From an uncultured delta proteobacterium (lineage in GTDB: Bacteria; Myxococcota_A; Polyangia; Polyangiales; Polyangiaceae): a stretch of DNA of 64,000 nucleotides. The notes under the pieces were generated by a model. The model saw nothing but the letters and a program-made list of their open reading frames with translations. It searched no databases and was not told where the DNA came from. The position numbers were made by a program, and so were the translations under genes. Positions 42,810 through 52,678 of the stretch are shown here, in pieces (position 1 is the first letter of the stretch; each line of letters begins with the position of its first letter). The stretch spans positions 32,001 to 96,000 of the forward strand of contig CAVOKF010000003.1 in assembly GCA_963696385.1 (NCBI GenBank), in the 5' to 3' direction.

Positions 42810-43378
42810 GTTTCGACCTTGTCGCCGGGCAAGCGCCATGCAGCGAGCGGATCCACCGGACCCTTCGGGCGCGCTTGCGCCTCGCGCGCGCAAAGCTCGT
42901 GCGCGGCCAGTAAGTGCTGGCGCGATGTCTCGCCCAGTCGGGCGCTCCGCATGGCGAGCTCGGGGTCACCCGTCGAAGCAGCGAGGTCGGAGAAGTACCG
43001 CGACCAGGCCAGCGCGAGCGCAGCCGACGCAACGACCGACGATGGGCCGGGGCCGCACACACCCCCGCCCACGGTGCGGGCGAGCTCGGCACACTGCGTT
43101 CGTCGGAAACTCGACGCTGCCGCCTTGTACTGACGGAATGCAGCGTCGTCGGGCAGGGTCGTCAAGCCGAGACGCGACGAAAGACGGCTCTTGCCGGCCA
43201 GCGCTTTTCCGCCAGCGCGCGCCAACGAGTTGCCGCGGGCAAACCTCCCCGCCTTGCCGCGGTCCGTCGGGCTAGCCTGACGGGCTTCCGCGGGCACACC
43301 GTCCGGCAGCTCATCGGGCGGCAAAACCTCGATCCGGGGCGTGCCTGCGCCCGCGCCGTGGCCACTCCTTATTGCCAT
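42806..43378 (-). CDS. Putative terminase small subunit
   Basis: GRFARGN motif; ATGA overlap with terL. Confidence 0.55.
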   Translation of the reverse strand: MAIRSGHGAGAGTPRIEVLPPDELPDGVPAEARQASPTDRGKAGRFARGNSLARAGGKALAGKSRLSSRLGLTTLPDDAAFRQYKAAASSFRRTQCAELARTVGGGVCGPGPSSVVASAALALAWSRYFSDLAASTGDPELAMRSARLGETSRQHLLAAHELCAREAQARPKGPVDPLAAWRLPGDKVET

Positions 43379-43402
43379 GGAGTCCCCACGGATGTGCTAG
43401 GA

Positions 43403-43612
43403 ATGGCCGCGATGGGGGCGCCTAAAGGCTTGGCAGAGATGTCGGGCGACTTTCTGCGGGAGGCTGGTGTGCTCGTCGCGGCCTTGGGCGTGCTAGAAAA
43501 GACAATCGCGGCCGGCTTACCGTCGTGGAAGTGGACCGTGGCCGTTCTTGGTTTGGGGTTGTTTTTTGCCGGTTTCGGCGCCATCATTGAGCGAACCAGG
43601 AGCAGGAGCTGA
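43403..43612 (+). CDS. Small two-TM membrane protein
   Basis: FLREAGVLVAALGVL...WTVAVLGLGLFFAGFGAII; opposite strand to the operon. Confidence 0.45.
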   Translation: MAAMGAPKGLAEMSGDFLREAGVLVAALGVLEKTIAAGLPSWKWTVAVLGLGLFFAGFGAIIERTRSRS

Positions 43613-43981
43613 ACATGGGCGAGTACACCTACATCGTTGGCCTTGCCATCATGGGTCTGGTCGTGTTCACGGTCGGGATGATTGCTGCCATGATCGAGCG
43701 CGGTCATGGGTCCACCTCGAGCGCGGCCACCGACGCGAACGCGTCGCGAACGTCGACAAGCCACGCCAATCCGATCCTGTCCGCGTCGAAATAAGTCCCC
43801 TCGTAAAAGCCATCGGGTCGCAGGGTCGCTTTCCAGCGCGCCCCGATGCCGAGCCGGTTGCCGGCCGCGAAGTGCCCACCGGGGGTACGCCCTTGCCGCG
43901 GGTTCGCGTCGGTTTCGCTGGACGTAGAATCGCTCGCGCGCACCAGCGTCGGCCGCGTCTTGCCGTGAGAGCGTTCGATGG

Positions 43982-44365
43982 TCATGTGGCGCCCTCGGCG
44001 GCAAACAGGGCGCGCAAGTCGGTCGGCCACTGCGGCGTACAGTCCTCAGGCCGGAACGGCGCCGCGTAATCGGGCAACCTCAGGATCCGCGGGGTGACCT
44101 CGGCGACTAGCGCCTGCCACTGAGGGCCGTGATCCGCCCATGGATCTACCGCGTGGCTCAGCTCGTGGACGAGAACGTCGCAGAATCGAATGCGGTCGAA
44201 GCGCAGCGTGCGCGGGGCGAGCCAAAGCGTGTCGCCGTCGCAGCACCCCTCGAGGGTTGGATCCACGTCATCGGGCAGACCGATCACAACCTGCGGAACG
44301 CGGTCGAGCTCAGGAAAGAAGCGAGCGGCGAGGCGCTCGACGAGGGACTGGAGATTAGTGATCAT
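43982..44365 (-). CDS. SprT-like zinc metalloprotease
   Basis: VLVHELSH...DHGPQW. Confidence 0.7.
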   Translation of the reverse strand: MITNLQSLVERLAARFFPELDRVPQVVIGLPDDVDPTLEGCCDGDTLWLAPRTLRFDRIRFCDVLVHELSHAVDPWADHGPQWQALVAEVTPRILRLPDYAAPFRPEDCTPQWPTDLRALFAAEGAT

Positions 44366-44978
44366 GGCCACCCCCGCGCGGTGCTTGGCCCTGGTGACGC
44401 TCGGCGGGGCGCCATTGCAGGCCGTGGTCCTGCTCGAGTCGCTCGGATTCCTCGAGAACGAGCCTCACGATCGCCTCGCGCCGCGCAGCCTCGGGCAGTA
44501 CGTGGAACGCGGCCCGCAGTCGCGGCCAGTACTCTCCACCGGCCCAGCGAGGGCCTCGGCTGTCGACGCCGGGAAACGTCGCCATCACGGCCTGGGCGGC
44601 GGCAAGGATCGCGGTCTCAACTTGATCGCCGCGAACCAGCGGGCGTGAATCGAAGCTCTCAGGATCGCGCTGCTTGCGCGGCTTCGGCGGCGCGGCTTCG
44701 CGGACCGCATCCCGCTCGGCCTGGCGCCGCGCCGCAATAGCAGCCACGAGCTCGGGGTCGGCACGGACGGCGTCGCTCAAGGTGCATCGTGCGACCCCTA
44801 GCGCGCTGGCCGCGGCCTCCAGCGAAGGTGACTCAAGCACAACCGCTTTGCGCTCGGGCGTAAGAAGGAAGGTCCGAGGGTCGACGCGCAAGGCAGAGCC
44901 AGCGGCCTTCGCTGCGGCGAGCCGTGCGGCGAGGGCAGGATCGGCAGCGGCGGCGCGGGCCACGGCCGCACGGCTCAC
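44355..44978 (-). CDS. HTH-containing hypothetical protein
   Basis: SLEAAASALGVARCTL. Confidence 0.5.
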   Translation of the reverse strand: MSRAAVARAAAADPALAARLAAAKAAGSALRVDPRTFLLTPERKAVVLESPSLEAAASALGVARCTLSDAVRADPELVAAIAARRQAERDAVREAAPPKPRKQRDPESFDSRPLVRGDQVETAILAAAQAVMATFPGVDSRGPRWAGGEYWPRLRAAFHVLPEAARREAIVRLVLEESERLEQDHGLQWRPAERHQGQAPRGGGHDH

Positions 44979-45696
44979 GCCGGACGCGTCGATGGCGCGC
45001 GTCGGCGGAACACCGCTCGCGATAGCCGATAAGAATCGCCTCGATGGTGTCGGCCGCGATCATCGGACCCCCTCCGGCTCGAGTGCAGCGACAATCGCTG
45101 CTCTCCAGGCCTCTCGGATGTGCGCGGTCAACTGATCCCATCGCGGCATCGGACGGCCGTCGTAGGTGAGACCACCCGTAAACGCGGCGTAGCCCCGATA
45201 GGCGCGCTCGGCGGCGCTGGCGAACTGGTCGGGGGTCACTGGTCATCCTCCAATCGAAAGCCCCGTGGCGGGGCGGTTGCGGTCGCTGCAAGTCCGACGG
45301 CGGAGTGATTCATGGGCACGGAAGGGCCGGACCGGGACGTCCCCGGCCACCACGCCTCCGCCGTCGGACGAGCGTCGGCGGCACCATGCCGTCGCTCGCG
45401 CCCGCCAGGGGCTCCCGCTGAGTGAGATACAAGGCAGGCTCGAGTCTGTTGGCCAGCGCCAGAATCCTCAATGATTACGCTGGCAGAGACACTAAACGAG
45501 CGCAGTGACTCGTCGCTGGTGACTACTCGTCTCATGATCGCCAGCGATTCACGGCCTTCGCGCGCGTTGAGCGTCGGCTGCATGTGCCGACGATTACGAG
45601 AAACATCGAAGGATCCGCGGCAGATCGCAGGGTCCACGACGTTTCCGGGTTGCCCAATAGGCAGGCCTGGGCAGGGCTCCAAGTGATTTCCCAATT

Positions 45697-45792
45697 CCCG
45701 ATGCTCCTTAAGGAGCGCATCGGGTAATCGGGTAATCCTTCACCCGATGGCATCGGGAAAGAATCGGGTAAACATCGGGTAATCGGGTAATC
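45697..45792. repeat. Iteron-like ATCGGGTA array (candidate origin)
   Basis: Six direct copies (45719, 45727, 45752 variant, 45763, 45774, 45782), two inverted CCCGAT and the palindrome GCTCCTTAAGGAGC. Confidence 0.7.
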
Positions 45793-45794
45793 GC

Positions 45795-46994
45795 TCACGG
45801 TGCCTCCGGCGGGGCCGCGTGGCTGAGGTAGAGGCGTCGTCCGTTGCCACGGCCGGGCACCTTTCGTTGAACGACCTCGCCGTTGTCGCAGAGCGTGTTG
45901 ACGGAAGCGCGCACGAGCAGGGCGTCGAGTCCGACGATGGCGCGAACGGCGTCCGTGCCGGCGATGCCGGGGTGCGAGCGAATGCACTCGCGAACCGCTT
46001 CGACCGCTTTGGCCAAGCGGGCATCGCCAGTCGGCTTCGCGGCGGTCAGCTCTGCGCGGTCGATGTGGCAGACGACGAGACCCCATTTCGGGTCGCCGTC
46101 GGCCTGTACGTCATCGATACGCAAGCCAAAGTCTGCGACGGCTTGACCGAGCGCCCGGTCCTTTTCGTGCGTCACGAGGGAGAGCGCTTCGCCTTTCTTC
46201 TTTGATTGGACGAACATGCTCTGAAACTCGTCGAGGATGCCGGACGAGCCGCGGGCCATTTCCTTGCGCGTCCGCTGCGAGCCTTCGTTCGGCGTCTTGC
46301 CCGCGTGGTGAATAAGCTCGACGGCGGCGCCGCTCGAATCGGAAGCGCTCGAAAGGGCGCCGATGTACCCGCGCACCTGCGACGAGTTCTCGTCGAGTCC
46401 ACCGAGCATCGGGCGGAGGGAATCGCAGGTAACGAGGCGCACGCCGGCGAACGCTCTACGGAATTGGTCGGCCGCCTGGTCGGACGTAAGCCGAAGGTCC
46501 GGCAGAATGGCGACGCGGATGAATCCATCAGATATGAGTTCGCGGAGATCATCGTCGATGATGCCGAGTCCGCGGGCGAGGCGATGAATCGTTTTCTTCG
46601 TCTGGCGCCGACCCATCTCATAATCAAGATGAAGCCATGGCCCTCGATGAACGTTCCATGTCCCCCATAGGGGCTTGCCCGTGGCGACGGCGAGGCCCAT
46701 CGAGCAAATCGATATGGTCTTGCCGGACCAGGCTTGACCAATCCAACCGTTGACGGGGCCGGCCCCGATTCCGAGCGCCGGAATGGTCAGGCTCTCGACG
46801 TTCTCCGCCGCGAAGAATTCGTCAGCGTTCAGACAACGCACGGGGATTGACGGCTGCGATACGCGTTCCAACTGCTCGCGCGTCGCGTGCGGATAGTGGC
46901 CATTCGCCTCGTCGACGATCGCCCGACGTTCCGCGGCTTGTTCCGCCTCGTCATCGGCAAAGAAGCCGTCGACATCTTCGGGCGGCAACGGCAT
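45795..46994 (-). CDS. RepA-like AAA_25 replicative helicase
   Basis: GQAWSGKT, LDYEMG, VTCDSL, IHHAGK, ARGSSG; C-terminal winged-helix-like region. Confidence 0.85.
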   Translation of the reverse strand: MPLPPEDVDGFFADDEAEQAAERRAIVDEANGHYPHATREQLERVSQPSIPVRCLNADEFFAAENVESLTIPALGIGAGPVNGWIGQAWSGKTISICSMGLAVATGKPLWGTWNVHRGPWLHLDYEMGRRQTKKTIHRLARGLGIIDDDLRELISDGFIRVAILPDLRLTSDQAADQFRRAFAGVRLVTCDSLRPMLGGLDENSSQVRGYIGALSSASDSSGAAVELIHHAGKTPNEGSQRTRKEMARGSSGILDEFQSMFVQSKKKGEALSLVTHEKDRALGQAVADFGLRIDDVQADGDPKWGLVVCHIDRAELTAAKPTGDARLAKAVEAVRECIRSHPGIAGTDAVRAIVGLDALLVRASVNTLCDNGEVVQRKVPGRGNGRRLYLSHAAPPEAP

Positions 46995-47037
46995 CACGAT
47001 GCGCTCCTCAGCGAGGCCAGCGGTGTAGTGGGAGCGC

Positions 47038-47935
47038 TCATGCGTCACCTCCGCGACCCAACGTGGGGCAATCGACCCACGCGACTTGCGCCCAACCATC
47101 GATTAGGATGAGCACTGGATAGTTGCGACCGTCGTCTCGCGGGTCGCTGTCGATCTCCGTGAGAATCTCGTCCAGCCCGTCCAGGTGTAGCCCTGCCGAA
47201 TGCAGACAAGGCTGGATGATATGTCGATATGTGAGTTTCGGTGGCCGACCCTCGACCGCGAGAACAATACAAGTTTTCGCGGTGCAATCGTGCGGCGCTC
47301 GCATGATCGAGCCACTGGCCGTCCTCATTAGGCGATCCGCGCGGCGCTCAAGTTGTCGCTTGACGTGCCTAGACGGCGTCATCGGCGCACCGACCTGTAG
47401 ATTTTGGTTCCGTCCGGACACTCGCAAACGAACTCTGTATCGTCGCTCGGGTCATCGGGTAATTCGCCAATGATCGCCAAGTCGTTGTCGTCGAACGGCG
47501 GACCCTTCGCGAGCAGGGCATCGCGGCAGAGCACAAGAGCGCGAGCCATTCGAAGTTCCTCGATGGGGCGCAATACGTGCGCCGGCATCGGCCGCCCCTC
47601 GATTGCGGCGCGCTCGGCGGCGTCGAATTGCTCGACGTGCGCCGTCATTTGCTACCTCGCGCCGCCAAGAACTCGGGCAGTTCACTCGCCTTGATCTCGA
47701 CGTGCTTCGACTTCGGGGGTACCAGCATTTGCTGGACTGGCGCATGACCAGCGGCCCACTCGGCTTCGCGAGAGAGCAAGGCGAGCTCGCATAGCTTCAG
47801 CTCGGCAGTGGCCCTTTCGAACAGGCTTCGCGCCCGCGCCAGGTGGACACCGGCAGCGGGTTCGGTCGCCGTCGTGCTCGCGCCAAGATGCGCGCGGACC
47901 GCGGCGAACAAGTCGATGTCGACAGGCGCGGTCAT
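47038..47935 (-). other. Three small coupled hypothetical genes (47038-47427, 47379-47648, 47645-47935)
   Basis: Overlapping start/stop codons between xis and the helicase. Confidence 0.5.
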
Positions 47936-48303
47936 CGCCGTACCAACCCCGCCGCAGCGGCGATATCGTCAACACAGATCTCGACTTCACTCCGTGGCGC
48001 CCGCGTCGGCCTTTTGCCTCGCCGTGCGAGCCACGCCTTGCAGGCTTCGAAGTCGTAGCGTCTTGCGTCGCCAACATGGGCGGCGACAGGAAGACCCTCG
48101 CGCGTCAGTCGATCGACAGTGGACGCACTCACCCCGAGCACGAGCGCGACTTCTTTTTTTGACAGCAGCCGGTCTGCCGGAATGGACTCTGTGGTGGGCG
48201 CCATCGCCGATCGGATGGCGGCGACCACGTCGGGGCGGCGCAACGCATCCACAAGTGCGTCGCCGAGCAGACGAGCCCCGAGTGTGACTAGTTCGTCGCT
48301 CAC
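47932..48303 (-). CDS. Excisionase/AlpA-like HTH protein
   Basis: LLSKKEVALVLGVSASTVDRL...RRYDFEACKAWL. Confidence 0.8.
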   Translation of the reverse strand: MSDELVTLGARLLGDALVDALRRPDVVAAIRSAMAPTTESIPADRLLSKKEVALVLGVSASTVDRLTREGLPVAAHVGDARRYDFEACKAWLARRGKRPTRAPRSEVEICVDDIAAAAGLVRR

Positions 48304-48506
48304 GGCGCCACCTGACGGACGAAGGTCCGCGACCGGATCAGCGCCAGTGTCCCGCGGCGAATCGGTAACCCGCCGACTGCTTTGCCGATCGCCTCTCGAC
48401 CAACGCCACACCACCGCGCAACCTCGCTGACCGACGACGCGAGGATCACGCGTCGGAGCTCATCTCGCTCATGCTCGGAGAGCGCATCGGTCGCCGGGTG
48501 ACGCAT
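48300..48506 (-). CDS. Small Cro-like HTH protein
   Basis: SVSEVARWCGVGREAIGKA; GTGA overlap with xis. Confidence 0.55.
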   Translation of the reverse strand: MRHPATDALSEHERDELRRVILASSVSEVARWCGVGREAIGKAVGGLPIRRGTLALIRSRTFVRQVAP

Positions 48507-48855
48507 GCGGCAAACGTAGGCGCCCCGAATTTGCAACGGGACGCTGGCCCGCTATAGGGCCTCATGTTTTGACCTCTCCGGTTACAATTCGTAACTGGAT
48601 TAGATCGTCGCTAACATGCGGGAATCATTGCGTATGGCTCCGCACCCGATGGGGTACATCATGGGTACATCATGAGAGCCAAGTGGCATTTACAACCTCG
48701 GCCGCATCAAGGCCTCGGCATATCGGCGTCAGTCACCAGCCGGTGCCCCGTCACCACTCGTCACACTGAACTACTCGCAGATTCGCGCGCCGCACGTGGG
48801 CCACGCTGACGTCGCTTTGCTTGACGTTGCGGCACCTTGCAAACTTACGAAGGGC

Positions 48856-49215
48856 CTTCCCAAGCCGAAGGTCGCGGGTTCGAGACCCGTGTCCCGCTCC
48901 CTAGAAATCATTGAGGATTTGCCCTCCGGCTTACTGCGGCCCGCAGTAAGACCAGCAGTAAAATCCGCAGTAAGACCATCGGTTTTTGGGGTGCGATCCG
49001 TCCCGGGGACGGCTCGCATCGGCAGCTCGAACCCGTTGGCTGCGGACAGATCCAAGCGGATGCTCTCGACCGCCGCGTGCAGCGTGGCCAGCGTCTGCGC
49101 CGTGTAATGCTGCTGGGTCACGCCCGATCCGGCGTGCCCCATCAGGCGCTTAATCGTGGCCTCGGCGACGCCCGCCTCCGCGAGCCATGTCGCGAAGTGT
49201 AGAACGACGCGAAGA
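48856..49215 (-). pseudogene. C-terminal remnant of a second tRNA-Gly-targeting integrase
   Basis: FATWLAEAGV...LMGHAGSGVTQQHY, then ERDTGLEPATFGLG through att. Confidence 0.78.
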
Positions 49216-49383
49216 AGCGCGGAGAGTGCGTCGTGAAACGTTCGCGTTGAGGCTGAGCGGATGAGCATGGGGGGAGGCGTCTACGACGGCGCGAGGTCGC
49301 GTCACCAAGATCAAGTGCTCCAGCGAGGCGGCCTGGACCGGCCGGCGACGCATGGCGGTGGCGGCCGGTCTCCCCGGAGTCGC

Positions 49384-49416
49384 TTGACGCATGAGCGATG
49401 CTGATCAAATGTTCAG
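49384..49416 (+). promoter_or_regulatory. TTGACG -35 element plus Myxococcus-type LexA box
   Basis: Reverse complement of 49400-49416 is CTGAACATTTGATCAGC, a 16/17 match. Confidence 0.62.
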
Positions 49417-49419
49417 TCC

Positions 49420-49599
49420 ATGGAGCTATCGCTCGGCGTGCGCGTGCTGATGGGGGCCCTCGAAGCCCTCGCGAAATCCAAGGGCTTCGCGGACGTCCGC
49501 GTTCTGCCGAAGGTCAACGCTCGGGGCGAACTCGTGCTCGGCGTCATCCTCCCGCCCCGAACACCGCGCGAGTGGGGCGATTCGAAGGAGCGACCGTGA
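49420..49599 (+). CDS. 59-aa hypothetical protein, coupled to a 62-aa ORF (49596-49784)
   Basis: MELSLGVRVLMG...; duplicated at 7759; GTGA overlap with the next ORF. Confidence 0.55.
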   Translation: MELSLGVRVLMGALEALAKSKGFADVRVLPKVNARGELVLGVILPPRTPREWGDSKERP

Positions 49600-49969
49600 C
49601 GACGTTGGACGGCCAGACGTGGGCCCTGCACGACGCCATATTTCAGCTCGCCCGGGAACTCGGTCTTGCCTCGTTTCGGGTCGAGTGCAAACTCGGACCC
49701 GGGGGCGAGACCGTCGTTTCGCTCGTCGTCGGCGGCAAGGGCGACGAGCGGTGCGGATCGCGCACTCGAGTCCCTGGGCCCTAAGAATCGCGTGCTGCTG
49801 CTTGACGTCACCCGCACCGGTCCTCACGGCCGAGGTAGACTCGGGGCCCCGAGCCTCGGCGGCCTCGAAGTCATGCGGTGGCACATACTGGCCGAGTCAT
49901 TCCCCGCGTTTTCCCGGCGAATTTCTGATATTTTTGATGGTTCGGTTTTTGCTTTATTGCCGGTTCACG

Positions 49970-51502
49970 ATGCCGTTCGCCTGCTTACCGTTTCGCCGAA
50001 TGCGGCGAAACTCGCCGTGCGTCGTGGACGCACTGCACCATGGCCGTTTTGTCGGGGTCGTGATCGCGGTGTTCGGCTTCGCTGGATGCCAGGGCCGGGT
50101 CACGAACGGACCCGCAGACGGGACGAGCGCGGACGCCTGCTTCATTTCCGCGTCCAATTACGACCAGTCGTGCACCGTCGATACAGACTGTGCGATCGTC
50201 TCGTCCGGAAACTACTGCGCTACCCATAGGTGCCTCTGCGGCGGATCGGCCATTAACGTTGGGGCTCTCGCGCAGTTCAACGCGGACGTTGCGAAGGAAC
50301 CGGTCTCTTTGCCGTGCTCCTGTCCGGGGTCGTTGTCTGCGCCGTGTTGTCGGAATGGCACGTGCCAGGACGGATGCGGCGCGTCCACGAGCGCTGTCGG
50401 CAGCTCGTCCACGAATGGATCGTCTGCGATAGGGCCAGGTTGCCTTGGATCACCCGGCGAAAGCTGCTCTCCGTACGCCGAGGGGACCGTGTGCCCGGGG
50501 CCTCCGACGGTCTGCGTCCCCTGCGGTGCCGGGGTGTACACGCCCTCCGAGTCGTTCTGCCGGTGCACGTCGAGCACCTGGGATTGCGCTCCTCCCGCCG
50601 CGGGGCAGGTGCAATGTCCGAGCCCCGTTTCGAACGCCGACTTCTACGTCGATCCCTCGTGCTCGGTGCCGTACGGCGCCGATGCGGGGCCAGATGCGGG
50701 TTACGAGGGCGCGCCCGATGATGGGAGCGTTGAAACGGGAGCCGGCGACGGCGGCTCCTACACCGGCGCGATCTTGGCCTTGGTGGGCGTCCCGGGACCG
50801 TCCCCTTTCGTTGCGGCATACGACGTCCAGGCTGGGTTCTCAGCCTTCGCCGAAAACATCGAGTTTCTCTACCCCACAACGACGCCCAACACCGGCTGCT
50901 CGTGCACCCATGGAATCGGGATCGGGGATCCAGGGCCGGAGGAACTGTCCGCAGGCACGATCACCGTCACGGTCGCCGACGGGGGTCCCGTCCTCGCGGC
51001 GCTGATGCCGACCGGCACCACGTTCGTCTACGGAGAAGCTTCGGCGAGCGCATGGGGCCCGGGTGAAGTGCTCGCGGTTTCGGCACAAGGGTACCCTGGT
51101 CAGGTGAAAGCGTTCTCGACGACCCTTCAGACAGCGGCGCCCTTTTCCGGAGTCATGCCCGCCATCGGTGCAGCGCCGGTGACCATTTTGCTCAGCGCCG
51201 ACTTCAGCGTCTCGTGGACACCCCAGGCAAAAGCTAACGAGTTCGTCAGCCTCTCAATCAACCAAACGAGTACGTTGGCGGCGGCGCAGTGCACGTGCAA
51301 CGGGCCCGAGTCGGTGGGCACGATCACCGTGCCCGCCAGCTCCCTCGCCGACTACTTCGCGCCGTCTTCTTCAGGTTCATCGAGCACGGCCTCGGCCACA
51401 GTCTACTTGACACGGACGGTCATCTCGACCGTCCTCACCGAGACGGCTACGGTCTACCTCATCGGTCGGGCCTCGCTATACGGTGGTGCGGAATTCCAGT
51501 GA
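49970..51502 (+). CDS. Cys-rich myxobacterial-type lipoprotein
   Basis: FAGC lipobox; ASNYDQSCTVDTDC; DAG linkers; start uncertain. Confidence 0.65.
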   Translation: MPFACLPFRRMRRNSPCVVDALHHGRFVGVVIAVFGFAGCQGRVTNGPADGTSADACFISASNYDQSCTVDTDCAIVSSGNYCATHRCLCGGSAINVGALAQFNADVAKEPVSLPCSCPGSLSAPCCRNGTCQDGCGASTSAVGSSSTNGSSAIGPGCLGSPGESCSPYAEGTVCPGPPTVCVPCGAGVYTPSESFCRCTSSTWDCAPPAAGQVQCPSPVSNADFYVDPSCSVPYGADAGPDAGYEGAPDDGSVETGAGDGGSYTGAILALVGVPGPSPFVAAYDVQAGFSAFAENIEFLYPTTTPNTGCSCTHGIGIGDPGPEELSAGTITVTVADGGPVLAALMPTGTTFVYGEASASAWGPGEVLAVSAQGYPGQVKAFSTTLQTAAPFSGVMPAIGAAPVTILLSADFSVSWTPQAKANEFVSLSINQTSTLAAAQCTCNGPESVGTITVPASSLADYFAPSSSGSSSTASATVYLTRTVISTVLTETATVYLIGRASLYGGAEFQ

Positions 51503-51690
51503 CTCACGACTATAGTGAACCTCGGTTTCCTAATCCGAAGGCCACTCATCTCGCGTCCGCTTGATCTCGAACCGTATGCGGTGCCCCAGCCAACGGCTGG
51601 GCCCTTGACGGCGTCCGCGTATGCCCCGGGGACGGCCACCGTGTCGCCGCGGGGTATGCTCGAATTCGTGCCCAATTTCGATGGATCCGC

Positions 51691-52584
51691 GTGGCCGGTT
51701 ACACACGAGGACTCCGAGGCACCCGCAACGTGAAACCCCGTGGCGATGCGTACACTGCAACGAGCGTCGGACACGAACCGCACGTTCGTGTCGAGCAAGC
51801 CGCCGACGAGCTGTACGCGTTGCCGCTCAACGCGTTCGTCGATCGGCGGCAGGCGCTCGCGAAGGCGCTCCGCGACCGGGGCGATCCCGCAGGGGCGAAG
51901 CGGATCGGAGCGATGGCGAAGCCCTCCGTCTCGGCATGGGCCGTCAATCAACTTTGGTGGTCGCACCGCGAACCGTTCGAGGAGCTCCTCAGGAGCGCCC
52001 AATCCCTGCTCGAGAGTGCGGACGCCCGCCCGGCGTTCGAGGCCCAGATGCGGGCCCTGCGAGAGAGCGCGCGCGACGTCCTCGTGAGGGCCGGACACGG
52101 CGGCAATGCGACGCTCTTGCGGCGGGTCGCGACGACGCTGCACGCGATCGCCGCGGCCGGCTCGTTCGCACCCGACGCCAGCGGGCGGTTGGTCGCCGAT
52201 CGAGACCCGCCAGGCTTCGAAGCCATGGAGGGAGTCGCGTGGGCGACGAAGGAGCGGGAGCCCGCCGATCCTCCGAAGGACGAGCGACCGCAACGCACTG
52301 CGCTGTCGCCGACGGCGAAGGAACAAGCGCGGCGAGCGGCCGATGAGAAGGAAAGGGCGATCCTCGCGGCGAAGCGCGAAGTCGACGGACTGCGCAAGCA
52401 GCTCTCGCAGGCCGAGAGCGTGATCGCACTCGCGGACCACGATCTCGAGGCGCTAGCTGCCACGCAAGCGAAGATCGACGCAGAACGCGGGAGGCTCCAG
52501 AGCACGAAGGCGCAAGTCGAACACCAAGCCGGCAAGGCTCGAGCGAGGATCGAGGAGCTCGAGCGCTCGCTTCGCCGACGATAG
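51691..52584 (+). CDS. Conserved hypothetical protein with coiled-coil C-terminus
   Basis: ADELYALPLNAFV...KPSVSAWAVNQL. Confidence 0.65.
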   Translation: MAGYTRGLRGTRNVKPRGDAYTATSVGHEPHVRVEQAADELYALPLNAFVDRRQALAKALRDRGDPAGAKRIGAMAKPSVSAWAVNQLWWSHREPFEELLRSAQSLLESADARPAFEAQMRALRESARDVLVRAGHGGNATLLRRVATTLHAIAAAGSFAPDASGRLVADRDPPGFEAMEGVAWATKEREPADPPKDERPQRTALSPTAKEQARRAADEKERAILAAKREVDGLRKQLSQAESVIALADHDLEALAATQAKIDAERGRLQSTKAQVEHQAGKARARIEELERSLRRR

Positions 52585-52678
52585 GCGGAGCGGCACCGAT
52601 GAGCCGACGCCGGCCCCAAATGACTAGACCGCCTCGGTCCGGCTCCACACCGGGCGCTTTTTGCCGATGGTGCGAACC

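Larger units (their letters stand above)
32601..48899. mobile_element. 16.3-kb phage-related integrative element (satellite-like or reduced prophage) in tRNA-Gly
   Basis: Perfect 44-bp direct repeats at 32601-32644 and 48856-48899; carries int, xis, helicase and terminase genes. Confidence 0.9.

Noticed and set aside
48856..48899. Second tRNA-Gly gene
   Set aside because: Only the 3' half is present; it is the att repeat.
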